This document shows positions 56,012 through 64,000 of a stretch of 64,000 nucleotides of DNA, piece after piece. The DNA comes from Oligoflexia bacterium (GTDB lineage: Bacteria > Bdellovibrionota_G > JANQFH01). Position 1 is the stretch's first letter, and each line of letters opens with the position of its first letter. Both the position numbers and the translations under genes were made by a program. The DNA lies in contig JANQFH010000008.1 of NCBI GenBank assembly GCA_028277945.1, positions 128,742 through 192,741 of the forward strand, given 5' to 3'. Under the pieces are notes generated by a model. It was not told the DNA's origin. It worked only from the letters and a program-made list of their open reading frames with translations, and did no database searches.

Positions 56012-56836
56012 ATGGCCATCATTACTATTATAATTGTTGCGCTGCTGGGAATGGGTAGTTCACTGCCGTCGTTGGCAGGCCAGCCCCAAGTCACCCAGGT
56101 GGGTGAGTCGCTCACCTTAGCACCGGATGGCTCCCTACCCACGGCCTTTCAAATCGATGCCACGGCTGCTGTTCTCAACAGTAGCGAGAGCGGCATTGCC
56201 CTGCTCAACCGCCTCAGCTTTAGCTACGCCTTTCCCTTTTACCATCCCGACCCAACCTATAGTCTGCACGCGCGGCTCTTCTTGGGTGGGCGGCTCTCGG
56301 ATCTCAACACCGACTACGCCCCTGGTAATTTGCAGTTTGGTGGTAAGTGGCGGCTGCTGCGCAACCAGCGCCACCGCTTTACCGTGGGCATGGACTTCAC
56401 CCTGCCCACCGGCCAGAGTGAGGCCGCCATAGGTATCTCTACCCCTGAGCTGGTGGGCTACTTTGAAGAGGCCTTTGGTTTTGAGCCGGCCTTCTACTAT
56501 GCCTACAGCCGCGGCCCGTTCGCGCTTGCCATGCACACCGGAGTGGATCTGCTACTGCTTGCCGATGCCACGCCGCCCTTCAACACTGCCGAGCTCTTTT
56601 TAGATCATGGCGGTGGCTTTGCCTTTCGTATAGAGCGCTCCCTGACGCTTACCGCCGAGACCACCGGCATCACCACGCTTACCTCCGGTGCCAACACCGA
56701 TCTCTGGGTCGGCCCGGGGCTCATCTGGGAGGGCGCAAGCTTGCGTCTCAAAGCCATGGCGGCCTTCACCCTGCTCGGTGATGCCGAGGCCGTGCTGCAC
56801 CCGCTGTTTCGGCTGGGGATCGACTACTTCCTCTAA
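56012..56836 (+). CDS. Putative outer-membrane beta-barrel protein (signal peptide, alternating amphipathic strands, C-terminal aromatic)
   Basis: Start at ATG 56012 gives signal peptide MAIITIIIVALLGMGSSLPSLAGQ; Gly/Tyr/Phe-rich alternating pattern; ends ..GIDYFL. Confidence 0.4.
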   Translation: MAIITIIIVALLGMGSSLPSLAGQPQVTQVGESLTLAPDGSLPTAFQIDATAAVLNSSESGIALLNRLSFSYAFPFYHPDPTYSLHARLFLGGRLSDLNTDYAPGNLQFGGKWRLLRNQRHRFTVGMDFTLPTGQSEAAIGISTPELVGYFEEAFGFEPAFYYAYSRGPFALAMHTGVDLLLLADATPPFNTAELFLDHGGGFAFRIERSLTLTAETTGITTLTSGANTDLWVGPGLIWEGASLRLKAMAAFTLLGDAEAVLHPLFRLGIDYFL

Positions 56837-56869
56837 TTGCCGCAATGTGGTATAGGTGCTGGCTAATCA

Positions 56870-59800
56870 TTGAGATTGCCAGCAGCTATGAGACTTCAAC
56901 CCGGGAATATCGCGATGCCCCCGCGACTCATCGGATTTATCCTTTTATTTTCAATAGTTCCAAGTACGACGTGGGCTGAGGAACCTTCTCTTGGTTCAAG
57001 CGCAACTTTTAATCAAGCCATTCGGCTTTACACGACCTCCGGTATTCCTGATGCAGGCGAGCAACTTAGACAATTACTGCCAGATATGAGAAGCAAAGCA
57101 GACTTTATTGATCACTGTCGTGACAGCCATAATCGACAGGCGGGTAAAGCGTTGTTTCAGATGGCTGTTACCGATCCCTCCAAAACAATTACCAGCCAGG
57201 CAGCGCGAGCAGCGGCTGCTAGGGTGTATATCGATTTTGTAAACGCATGGAACAAGGCTGGGGGAGGTGAGGAACGTCAACGACTTAAACAGGAAGCAAA
57301 GCACGGAATGCAGATGCTATTTAAAGGCCTCGAGCTCCAAACTGCACAAGAAAAGCATGGCGTTATTGAGAGAGTGAGAGTGAAAGCGCTTACTGCTGTA
57401 TCAGCGGTAGGTAAGGATGATCCCATACGAGTGAGAGTCACCCGAGCTCGGCTTTTCCTATCCGCCACAGTCAGTATGGCTGCCGTCGTTGGTAGAGAAA
57501 GTGTTTACCCACACTGGTTGAATGGAGATTACAGAAGGCAACTTCATTATATCGATGAGTTGCGATTCGCGGGTTCCCATGTTCTACTCAAGAAAATAAT
57601 CCAAAGTGACAGCTCTACCATCGTAATTGAACAGGCGCTGCGTGCCTATTGTGCGTATGCAGCAACAAAGGTACATTTCGTCGTCCTTCAATATAGTGCT
57701 CCAGAAGGCCAAAGCGTCAACGATTTTCAGAGAGCACTTGAAAAAGTCATGGGTAATTTGCAACGTACTATAGCGAGAGCAGATGACCGCTTAAAAATGT
57801 TGCAATCCTCACAGCCTGGAGATAGACGGCCCATCGGGATCGGTTCAGAACAACGAGCTTTTTATAGTCAGCTACTAGCGAGCATACAAAGTGCGACCAG
57901 CAGCAAGACCTTTAATTTGCCGCATGGATTAGCGGAATTCCTATTTAAACCAGTATTTCCTGATCCTAGAGTTGAAGTACGAAGCAGTCGTAACACTCCC
58001 ACCAAACCCGGTAGACGTCCGCCACCAGGAGGCAATGGCAATAACAACGGCGGCTACCTAGCTCTCCCCATTCCGAGTGCTCAATCTATGAATCGTGTCG
58101 GGCGTGCAGCTCGAGCGGCCGGCGCTGGTTTAGCGGGTATTGGTGTTGAGGCTGGGACAACGTTTCTGCCCGCAAAGCTTCTCTCGAAAATTTATCCAGC
58201 CATATTCAGCATGGATTTTGAGGAGCTTAACGATTATCTCAGCAGCGGCGAGCTTTTTACCGAGCTACCGCATGTCTTTTTCTTTTCCCTTGGTGCGGGT
58301 TTTGGCAGCAAGTCTGTTGATATGATTCTTGGTGAAAAGCTTCTAACCAGCCAGGCAAAAACTCCAGCAGCTCTGAGAGGCAGGCGTTGGCTGCTTGGCA
58401 TGGGTAGGTCTCGCGCCGTGCCGCTCTCTCATCTCTTGCTTAAGCACCAAGCGGGCTTTGTTGCCGGTACAGCCGCGGCTCTCGCAGTCCCGTCTGTATG
58501 GAACAGAGGCAGACTTCCTAGAGACTTGGTTCCCCAAGTCGCTATAGCAACCGCCACCTTTTCTCCCATCCATTTTGCGGTTACGGGAACGAGTCGTTCT
58601 GCTGTGGGAGCACACTCCTATAGACGGGCGATCAAAGCGGGTAAATCCAGCAGGGTGGCTGCCAGATATGCAGGGATGGTAGCACGAGGAATCTCAACAC
58701 CCACCCCTATGGGCGCATTTCTCAGAATTTTGGAGTTGAGCTTCTCCCTCTATTTTTCCGAGGCGTTTGTTGAACCCTTGCTAGAGCCACGCGCCTTGCG
58801 TGCCATGGCTGCTGTAGCCATGGGTCAAATTCTTAGCCGCATTGGCAGGACCCTGATGCGTGAAGAACCCATTGACGATACCGCCTATGCATCTCAGCTT
58901 ACAGAATTCTACTTAGGGCTGCTCGCCTATGTACGGCATGTTTCCATGTCAGATCTCACAGAGCAGCTTGAGGAACTTGATGATCAGTCTCGCGACCTCT
59001 ACCGAGATAGCCCTGATACCCTGCTGTTGGCACCCGGCATGTACGTGCTTGCTGCTGGTGCTGATGCCAAACAGTTTGAACTTGAAAAGATGGCTATTGA
59101 GCGACAGATTGCCCAGCTGGAAGCTAGTCGTCAGTATGACCCGATGTTGGTACGCTTTGCTGCAGAGATTTCCGCCATTCGGCCAACGCTTGCTGAGGTA
59201 GCCTTGAAAACAACTACGGAGGTTGAAGCCATAAAAGATGACTACCTCTCTCAGCTCACCGCCGAAATATTCACCGCTACCAGCATGGCGATGCTATCCC
59301 GTGCACCCATGCAAGATTTGCGTTGGCTCATAGCCATGTCCAGCAAAGGTGAAGTTTCTTTGCTTGATCGCAGTGACGCCCTGGATGCCAAGGCTCTCAT
59401 TGCCGCTGCCAGTCAGCTCGGCCCCTACCTTCGCGGCGTGATGATGCCAGAGAAGAACCTACCTTACCTGCGCCAGTATTACGGAGTACTTGCCGCAGCC
59501 GCCGTGGCCATGGCCTATCCCTATCAGCAAGATGAAGCTGTTGACATAATCCCAGAGTTGGACTTAACCACAAGTGCCTTTACCTTGCCCTTTGGTTTAG
59601 AGCACCCACTTGGGCACCCCGAGTTTCTACAAGAATTCTCAGCCTGGCAAGAGCAGAGAGATCAACCGGAGTTCAATTTAGCAAACCTATCCTTGCCACC
59701 ACTTCCTATTGAAACCCAGATCTCTGAACCTGAGCTGTTTGTAAAGACCGCCTCGTTGGTGGAGCCCGCAGGACAACGACCCATGGCTCTGCATGAGTCC

Positions 59801-60229
59801 CATGGCTACGAACCCTCTGAGGAAGAAGGGCTGCTGCTCTCCGAGCTACTGCGTATGTCGCAGCAGCGGCTGATAGAAAATCTGCTTGCAGATACCAACC
59901 CGCACCATCAATTAGAGCGAGACCGGCTCTTAGACAAGCTCATCCTTTTTGATCCGCAAGATCCTGTTGTCTTAGAGCTGTTGGCGGAACAGGTGGGCGA
60001 CAACTCAGAAGGCATCGATTATTCTTCAGCAAACATTGTCTCCATAGTAGACCTAGAAGCGAGACGCGAACGCTCTCTTAAAGTCAGCGCCTTTATCCAC
60101 CATTTTAAACAGCTCGATCGTGCAGCCAACTCCCTCTTACTCAGAGACCTCGGCACGTTCACCGTCTTGCACGCGCGTATGCAAGAAGTCACCACCTTCC
60201 TCCTCGACTACCTCGGTGATACGAGCTAG
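56870..60229 (+). CDS. Large hypothetical exported protein (1119 aa)
   Basis: Long ORF with N-terminal signal peptide PPRLIGFILLFSIVPSTTWAEEP; alpha-helical composition; no motif assigned. Confidence 0.55.
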   Translation: MRLPAAMRLQPGNIAMPPRLIGFILLFSIVPSTTWAEEPSLGSSATFNQAIRLYTTSGIPDAGEQLRQLLPDMRSKADFIDHCRDSHNRQAGKALFQMAVTDPSKTITSQAARAAAARVYIDFVNAWNKAGGGEERQRLKQEAKHGMQMLFKGLELQTAQEKHGVIERVRVKALTAVSAVGKDDPIRVRVTRARLFLSATVSMAAVVGRESVYPHWLNGDYRRQLHYIDELRFAGSHVLLKKIIQSDSSTIVIEQALRAYCAYAATKVHFVVLQYSAPEGQSVNDFQRALEKVMGNLQRTIARADDRLKMLQSSQPGDRRPIGIGSEQRAFYSQLLASIQSATSSKTFNLPHGLAEFLFKPVFPDPRVEVRSSRNTPTKPGRRPPPGGNGNNNGGYLALPIPSAQSMNRVGRAARAAGAGLAGIGVEAGTTFLPAKLLSKIYPAIFSMDFEELNDYLSSGELFTELPHVFFFSLGAGFGSKSVDMILGEKLLTSQAKTPAALRGRRWLLGMGRSRAVPLSHLLLKHQAGFVAGTAAALAVPSVWNRGRLPRDLVPQVAIATATFSPIHFAVTGTSRSAVGAHSYRRAIKAGKSSRVAARYAGMVARGISTPTPMGAFLRILELSFSLYFSEAFVEPLLEPRALRAMAAVAMGQILSRIGRTLMREEPIDDTAYASQLTEFYLGLLAYVRHVSMSDLTEQLEELDDQSRDLYRDSPDTLLLAPGMYVLAAGADAKQFELEKMAIERQIAQLEASRQYDPMLVRFAAEISAIRPTLAEVALKTTTEVEAIKDDYLSQLTAEIFTATSMAMLSRAPMQDLRWLIAMSSKGEVSLLDRSDALDAKALIAAASQLGPYLRGVMMPEKNLPYLRQYYGVLAAAAVAMAYPYQQDEAVDIIPELDLTTSAFTLPFGLEHPLGHPEFLQEFSAWQEQRDQPEFNLANLSLPPLPIETQISEPELFVKTASLVEPAGQRPMALHESHGYEPSEEEGLLLSELLRMSQQRLIENLLADTNPHHQLERDRLLDKLILFDPQDPVVLELLAEQVGDNSEGIDYSSANIVSIVDLEARRERSLKVSAFIHHFKQLDRAANSLLLRDLGTFTVLHARMQEVTTFLLDYLGDTS

Positions 60230-60308
60230 ATAGTCTCCAAACTCTACTGCAGTCTTGACATCTATCCGCAACTAAGGCATAATCTTACTAGTAAGAAAGG
60301 AGCTCCTG

Positions 60309-60575
60309 ATGTCAGCAAAGCTTGCGACAACCCGGATGTCATCAAAAGGGCAAGTTGTAATTCCTGAGAGCATACGTGAGAAACTGGGGTTACACGAAGG
60401 CGCACAGTTCGTGGTTGTCGGTAAGGGAGACGCGGTTATCTTGAAAGCCATAGCGCCTCCTGCCATGGATCAATTTGAAGCACTTCTCAAGGAAGCTAGG
60501 CGCAGGGCGAGAAGAGCAGGACTCAAAAAGTCGGACGTCAAAGAGGCGATATCGAAGGCACGGAAGCGTCGATGA
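60309..60575 (+). CDS. AbrB/MazE/SpoVT-family antitoxin
   Basis: SSKGQVVIPESIREKLGLHEGAQFVV (SpoVT/AbrB swapped-hairpin motif); stop overlaps start of PIN gene (ATGA). Confidence 0.7.
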   Translation: MSAKLATTRMSSKGQVVIPESIREKLGLHEGAQFVVVGKGDAVILKAIAPPAMDQFEALLKEARRRARRAGLKKSDVKEAISKARKRR

Positions 60576-60979
60576 GAGTGGTGCTTGACACCAACGTGTT
60601 GGTGTCTGGTATTTTCTGGAGCGGACCTCCGTACGATATTCTTAAATCTTGGCAGGCTGGAAAGTTCACTCTTCTCATCTCTCCAGATATTCTAGACGAG
60701 TACCGTCGGGTAAGTACAGAGCTTGGAAAGAAATTTCCGAGGGTTGAGCTTGATTCAATTCTCGATTTCGTTACCTATAAAGCCCATATTTGTACACCAC
60801 CCCTTTTAACCTTGCAGGTTTGTGAAGATCGAGATGATGACAAGTTCATTGCTTGTGCACTTGCTGGCAAGGCAAAGTGTCTTGTATCTGGGGATCTGAA
60901 GCTGTTGAGTATCGGTAGTTATCAAGGGCTGGAGATCCTAAAACCAAAAGCCTTTGTAGGGCGCTATCTTTCAGGATGA
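60572..60979 (+). CDS. PIN-domain toxin (VapC-like, TIGR00305-type)
   Basis: MRVVLDTNVLVSGIF (PIN N-terminal Asp motif), downstream acidic residues (DEY.., DDKFIACAL); 135 aa; coupled to AbrB-type antitoxin. Confidence 0.75.
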   Translation: MRVVLDTNVLVSGIFWSGPPYDILKSWQAGKFTLLISPDILDEYRRVSTELGKKFPRVELDSILDFVTYKAHICTPPLLTLQVCEDRDDDKFIACALAGKAKCLVSGDLKLLSIGSYQGLEILKPKAFVGRYLSG

Positions 60980-61026
60980 GGTTGAACGTTTTTGACAATA
61001 ATGTGGTTGCTAGAAAAGTATAGTCC

Positions 61027-63780
61027 TCAGGGCTGTTCCAAACTGCCAATGATGGCGGCGCGCATGTGCGTCTCTGTATAACCATCTTGTTTAAACCTGG
61101 CGAGCACAGTGGCGGCGAGTTCATGTAAGGGCAGGGAGGCAAGGTCTCCTGGAGCACCGACCATCTCACCGGCGCGTTGGAAGAAGAATTTATCCCCGGT
61201 AATTGCGTAACCCCAGGCAAAGGTAGGCCAGGAGTAATCGGCAAAGACGCCGCCTAGCTGTGGCCAATCTACGGTACCGCCAGGGCCGGTGGGTGGTTGC
61301 GAACAATAGGGTGGCGGCGGACCAAAGAGGCTCTGCTGAAACGCCCAAAAAGGCTTGTTGCTGCCTATGTCGTTGAGACCCTGCTGGTTGGCAGGGCCGT
61401 TTTCGCTTGCGTTCCAAAGGTAGGGTTGCATCATGGCCAAGGCGTTACCAATAATAATAGCTCTCACCTGATCGGTAAGTTCCGCATCACGACCACGGTA
61501 GACGGTCTCACCCACACCGCGCAGGGCATTTTGTAGGATTTGCTCTTCAAATATCTGTGTGCCTTCATACTCACCATCGACAATCTTACTGGTGAGCTGC
61601 CGCTTCCACATGCCACTGCAAGTCGACTGTCCGTCAGAAAAGATATCGACCATCTTCTCAAACCATGGGTATACCTCATCACGCCAACTATCCGGCGCTA
61701 GAGCGTAGTAACTTGCCATGGTATCGATGGCCCAGCCATCATCACGGCCAGTACTAAAACCAATGCGGTTGCCTTGCAGGGTGGAGAGATCTTCAGGGAG
61801 TGGGTCAAACGGACTCAGCTCATAGACCTCCTTGGCTAGGTTGACGATGGTCTTGGCAGCCGGGCTCTCAGATTGCAACAACGTTGGATGGCTGGATATC
61901 TCCCTGACCGACATATAAATAATGTTAGCGGCCCGCCACAGATCATCCTTGGCCAGCGAGTCATTGCCAATCCACACCAGCGCCTTGGCACTGCGTGACC
62001 AGCGGATGAAATGTTGCAGATCCCAGGGGGCAAAGGGCAGCAGGTAGTTGGCATAAGTGGGTTTAAAACCTGCAGCCGTGATGGCTGCCTCATGCGGGTT
62101 AGGCGCTTCACTGTCACCAAAGGGCGCATCCGCTCCTGCATCCATCTCAAATTTGAAGGGGAGGTATTGCGGCGTCTTTGTTGCTGGCAGTGTCCAGTGG
62201 CTGCGTTTTATTGGTGTGCCGTCCTCATTGAAGTAGGCTTGCTGTTGGCGATCGTTGTGCGCCCGGTGCTCCAACATCAACAAACGGTAACCGGCGTTGA
62301 TAGCAGCAGCCAACACATCGGATCCGGTAAAGTACTCGATCCAGCCGCTCCCACTCACCCCACCGTAGTGGGCGCCGGCAGGATGGAACGCCCCCAACAC
62401 GGGAAACTCAAACGGCAGGGTATCAAAGGCACTCATGTGCCCCTTCTCAAGGTTGTTTATATAATCGTTAAAGCCGCCATCTTTGTTGAGGATCTCGTTG
62501 ATGGCCGCCTCCCCACCAATGTTCTCCAGCGAGGCAATCACATGGCTCTGTGCCAGAAAACGTGCTGACGCCTTATGCCACCATGAAAAGAGCTTCGTGC
62601 CTGCTTCGTTAACGCCATCGGTGGCAAAAGCTAATCCCGCACGGGCAACAATTCTTTGCGCCGTGGCGCTTTGGCCCACCGGGTAGATGCCAAGACGGCG
62701 GTGGAACTGCGCTCGATGCGGAAAGAGGTGCATATCACCGGCTTTATGTTGCAGTTTTATCAGCGTACTGCCATCCCAATAGTCGTAGTCATCGTGGTTA
62801 CGGATTTGATCCACCAACCGACCATTACGAAAGAAAGGGTCTTGCACGTGTTGGCCTACCGCCCAACCAGATACCAGCGGCTCGACATCCAAATATCTTA
62901 GATAAACATTGCCCAATGGCTTAATGCCTGCGGCGGTATCCAAGTTTGTCGGGCCGTTGTTGATACGCAAATCCAAACGCATGACCTCTTCACCGGCAAA
63001 GCTGCTTAGGTAAGCGTGCACACCAAAGAGATGCGGCATCTCGCCACCATTAGCATAACTCTTACCGGCACCCGGATTGCCGGCAAGGGGTCGCATGGTA
63101 CAGTAGGTGCGCACCGTAACCTGGTTCTCCCCAAACTTGAGCAGATCAGCCTGATCCGCACCATCGAGCAGATCACAATGATAGCGGTTGCCATAAAAAT
63201 CCTCGGCATGCATCTCCAGGGGTTTTGACTGCGAGAGAAAATCCACCACGTTCGTTGGCAAAGAGTTCACCTGTTTAAGCAGGTTGCTCGCACTCATGCC
63301 CGCAGGTGGCGCTGTGTTGGGCTCATGGTAGTGGATGATGACATCGTATTGGATGCGCTCACCAGCAGTCGCTGTTGCCGGTCGCTTAACGCGAGCGATC
63401 AACTCAACAACCTCAGCCCACTCTGGCAGGGCAAAGCGGCTGGTGATTTCCGTTTGTGCGGGTATCACCTCGCCATCGCTATCGACAATGCCAAAGGCCT
63501 CTTGGCCATCCGGTCGCGGGTAGAGGCCAAAGGGTAGCGGCAGAGTACCGTGAAGAATAAACTCAGCGCTATTTGGCGCGTCCAATTGCAGTCTGCCAAT
63601 AACCGTACCAGGCTCTAAGTTAAGCAGATTGCTCGATAGCTCATCCTCATCATCCACCAAGGTGTTGGTGATAGAGGCCTCATCCCCATCGGCACTACCA
63701 AGGATATCGTTGCCAGTGCAGGCGGTGATTAAGCTGAGTAGGAGAAGCAGGCTAAGTAGTGTCAGTGGTTGTTGGTTCAT
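61027..63780 (-). CDS. Large lipoprotein, paralog of 8460-11471 (likely start MNQQPLTLLSLLLLLSLITAC at 63780; track start 63813)
   Basis: Lipobox LSLITAC; collinear similarity with the 8460-11471 product across most of the length. Confidence 0.7.
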   Translation of the reverse strand: MNQQPLTLLSLLLLLSLITACTGNDILGSADGDEASITNTLVDDEDELSSNLLNLEPGTVIGRLQLDAPNSAEFILHGTLPLPFGLYPRPDGQEAFGIVDSDGEVIPAQTEITSRFALPEWAEVVELIARVKRPATATAGERIQYDVIIHYHEPNTAPPAGMSASNLLKQVNSLPTNVVDFLSQSKPLEMHAEDFYGNRYHCDLLDGADQADLLKFGENQVTVRTYCTMRPLAGNPGAGKSYANGGEMPHLFGVHAYLSSFAGEEVMRLDLRINNGPTNLDTAAGIKPLGNVYLRYLDVEPLVSGWAVGQHVQDPFFRNGRLVDQIRNHDDYDYWDGSTLIKLQHKAGDMHLFPHRAQFHRRLGIYPVGQSATAQRIVARAGLAFATDGVNEAGTKLFSWWHKASARFLAQSHVIASLENIGGEAAINEILNKDGGFNDYINNLEKGHMSAFDTLPFEFPVLGAFHPAGAHYGGVSGSGWIEYFTGSDVLAAAINAGYRLLMLEHRAHNDRQQQAYFNEDGTPIKRSHWTLPATKTPQYLPFKFEMDAGADAPFGDSEAPNPHEAAITAAGFKPTYANYLLPFAPWDLQHFIRWSRSAKALVWIGNDSLAKDDLWRAANIIYMSVREISSHPTLLQSESPAAKTIVNLAKEVYELSPFDPLPEDLSTLQGNRIGFSTGRDDGWAIDTMASYYALAPDSWRDEVYPWFEKMVDIFSDGQSTCSGMWKRQLTSKIVDGEYEGTQIFEEQILQNALRGVGETVYRGRDAELTDQVRAIIIGNALAMMQPYLWNASENGPANQQGLNDIGSNKPFWAFQQSLFGPPPPYCSQPPTGPGGTVDWPQLGGVFADYSWPTFAWGYAITGDKFFFQRAGEMVGAPGDLASLPLHELAATVLARFKQDGYTETHMRAAIIGSLEQP

Positions 63781-64000
63781 AGCTGAGAAATTCCTGAAGT
63801 GGTCCTGTAACATAGTCGCTTACCTGCTGGGCAGCGCGGCCGACAAAAAAACGCTCCTCCCAATTTTGCTGCTGCAGCTGCTGCAGCTGTGGCGCCAGAG
63901 CGTCTTCCTGTTTAAGACGCTCGAGCAGATCATTACCCTTACCATGCACCACTTGCTCAAACGCCGCCATGGAGTGCTGGCGCATGGTTTCATGCAACTG
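63752..64000 (-). CDS. C-terminal end of an unidentified gene entering from beyond the window (partial); its stop overlaps the lipoprotein start
   Basis: Open frame from position 64000 down to TAG at 63752-63754 (..QLQQLQQQNWEERFFVGRAAQQVSDYVTGPLQEFLSYEPTTTDTT*). Confidence 0.35.
   Translation of the reverse strand, partial: QLHETMRQHSMAAFEQVVHGKGNDLLERLKQEDALAPQLQQLQQQNWEERFFVGRAAQQVSDYVTGPLQEFLSYEPTTTDTT

Noticed and set aside
1-64000. CRISPR arrays, rRNA genes, canonical tRNA genes
   Set aside because: No regularly spaced direct repeats, no rRNA-like conserved blocks and no complete cloverleaf found on reading; only tmRNA.

Overview
The window is bacterial chromosome with apparent GC around 55-60%, Gram-negative-like (many lipoboxes, an OMP-like beta-barrel, sigma-54/FHA regulator). 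It has three parts.

(1) About 1-32900 is dominated by very large genes for signal-peptide-bearing, mostly alpha-helical proteins of unknown function.
- A 3235-aa giant protein (14031-23738, minus strand) and a 1033-aa neighbour (3376-6477, plus strand) share a roughly 135-aa C-terminal domain conserved to the last residues.
- Two paralogous large lipoproteins (about 1000 aa and 917 aa) bracket about 50 kb.
- Also present: a transglutaminase-like protein, a beta-helix lipoprotein, a PBS-lyase/HEAT-repeat protein, two HExxH-containing secreted proteins and a CPBP intramembrane protease.
- A long minus-strand ORF at 1-3260 is missing from the supplied ORF track. It has no stop in the window, so it is a partial gene running off the left edge.

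(2) About 32900-44850 looks AT-rich and horizontally acquired.
- A roughly 9.7 kb P4/PICI-like integrative element sits at the 3' end of the tmRNA gene ssrA. It carries a tyrosine integrase, AlpA, and a CHC2/Toprim primase.
- It is bounded by 21-nt direct repeats of the tmRNA 3' end.
- Its cargo comprises an XRE regulator, a secreted SNase-like nuclease, a candidate HEPN protein (Rx4H motif) and a ClpP/SppA-fold serine peptidase. This is a candidate new defence or helper-exploitation module.
- Further left lie extra att-core fragments, including an inverted one. Beyond them are a DUF1428 gene, an aldo/keto-reductase gene fragment and a DUF4143 AAA+ ATPase, which may be the remnant of an older tandem insertion.

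(3) About 44800-60250 is core genome: ssrA, smpB, a sigma54 activator with FHA domain, and a threonine-dehydratase-like protein whose PLP lysine is replaced by Arg (a likely pseudoenzyme). It continues with a Fis-family regulator, a TPR/3D-domain protein, yceD, leuS, holA, a GGDEF(degenerate)-EAL protein, an OMP-like protein and a 1119-aa exported protein. Between 60300 and 63780 lie an AbrB-type antitoxin/PIN toxin pair and the second copy of the large lipoprotein.

No rRNA, canonical tRNA or CRISPR array was found.
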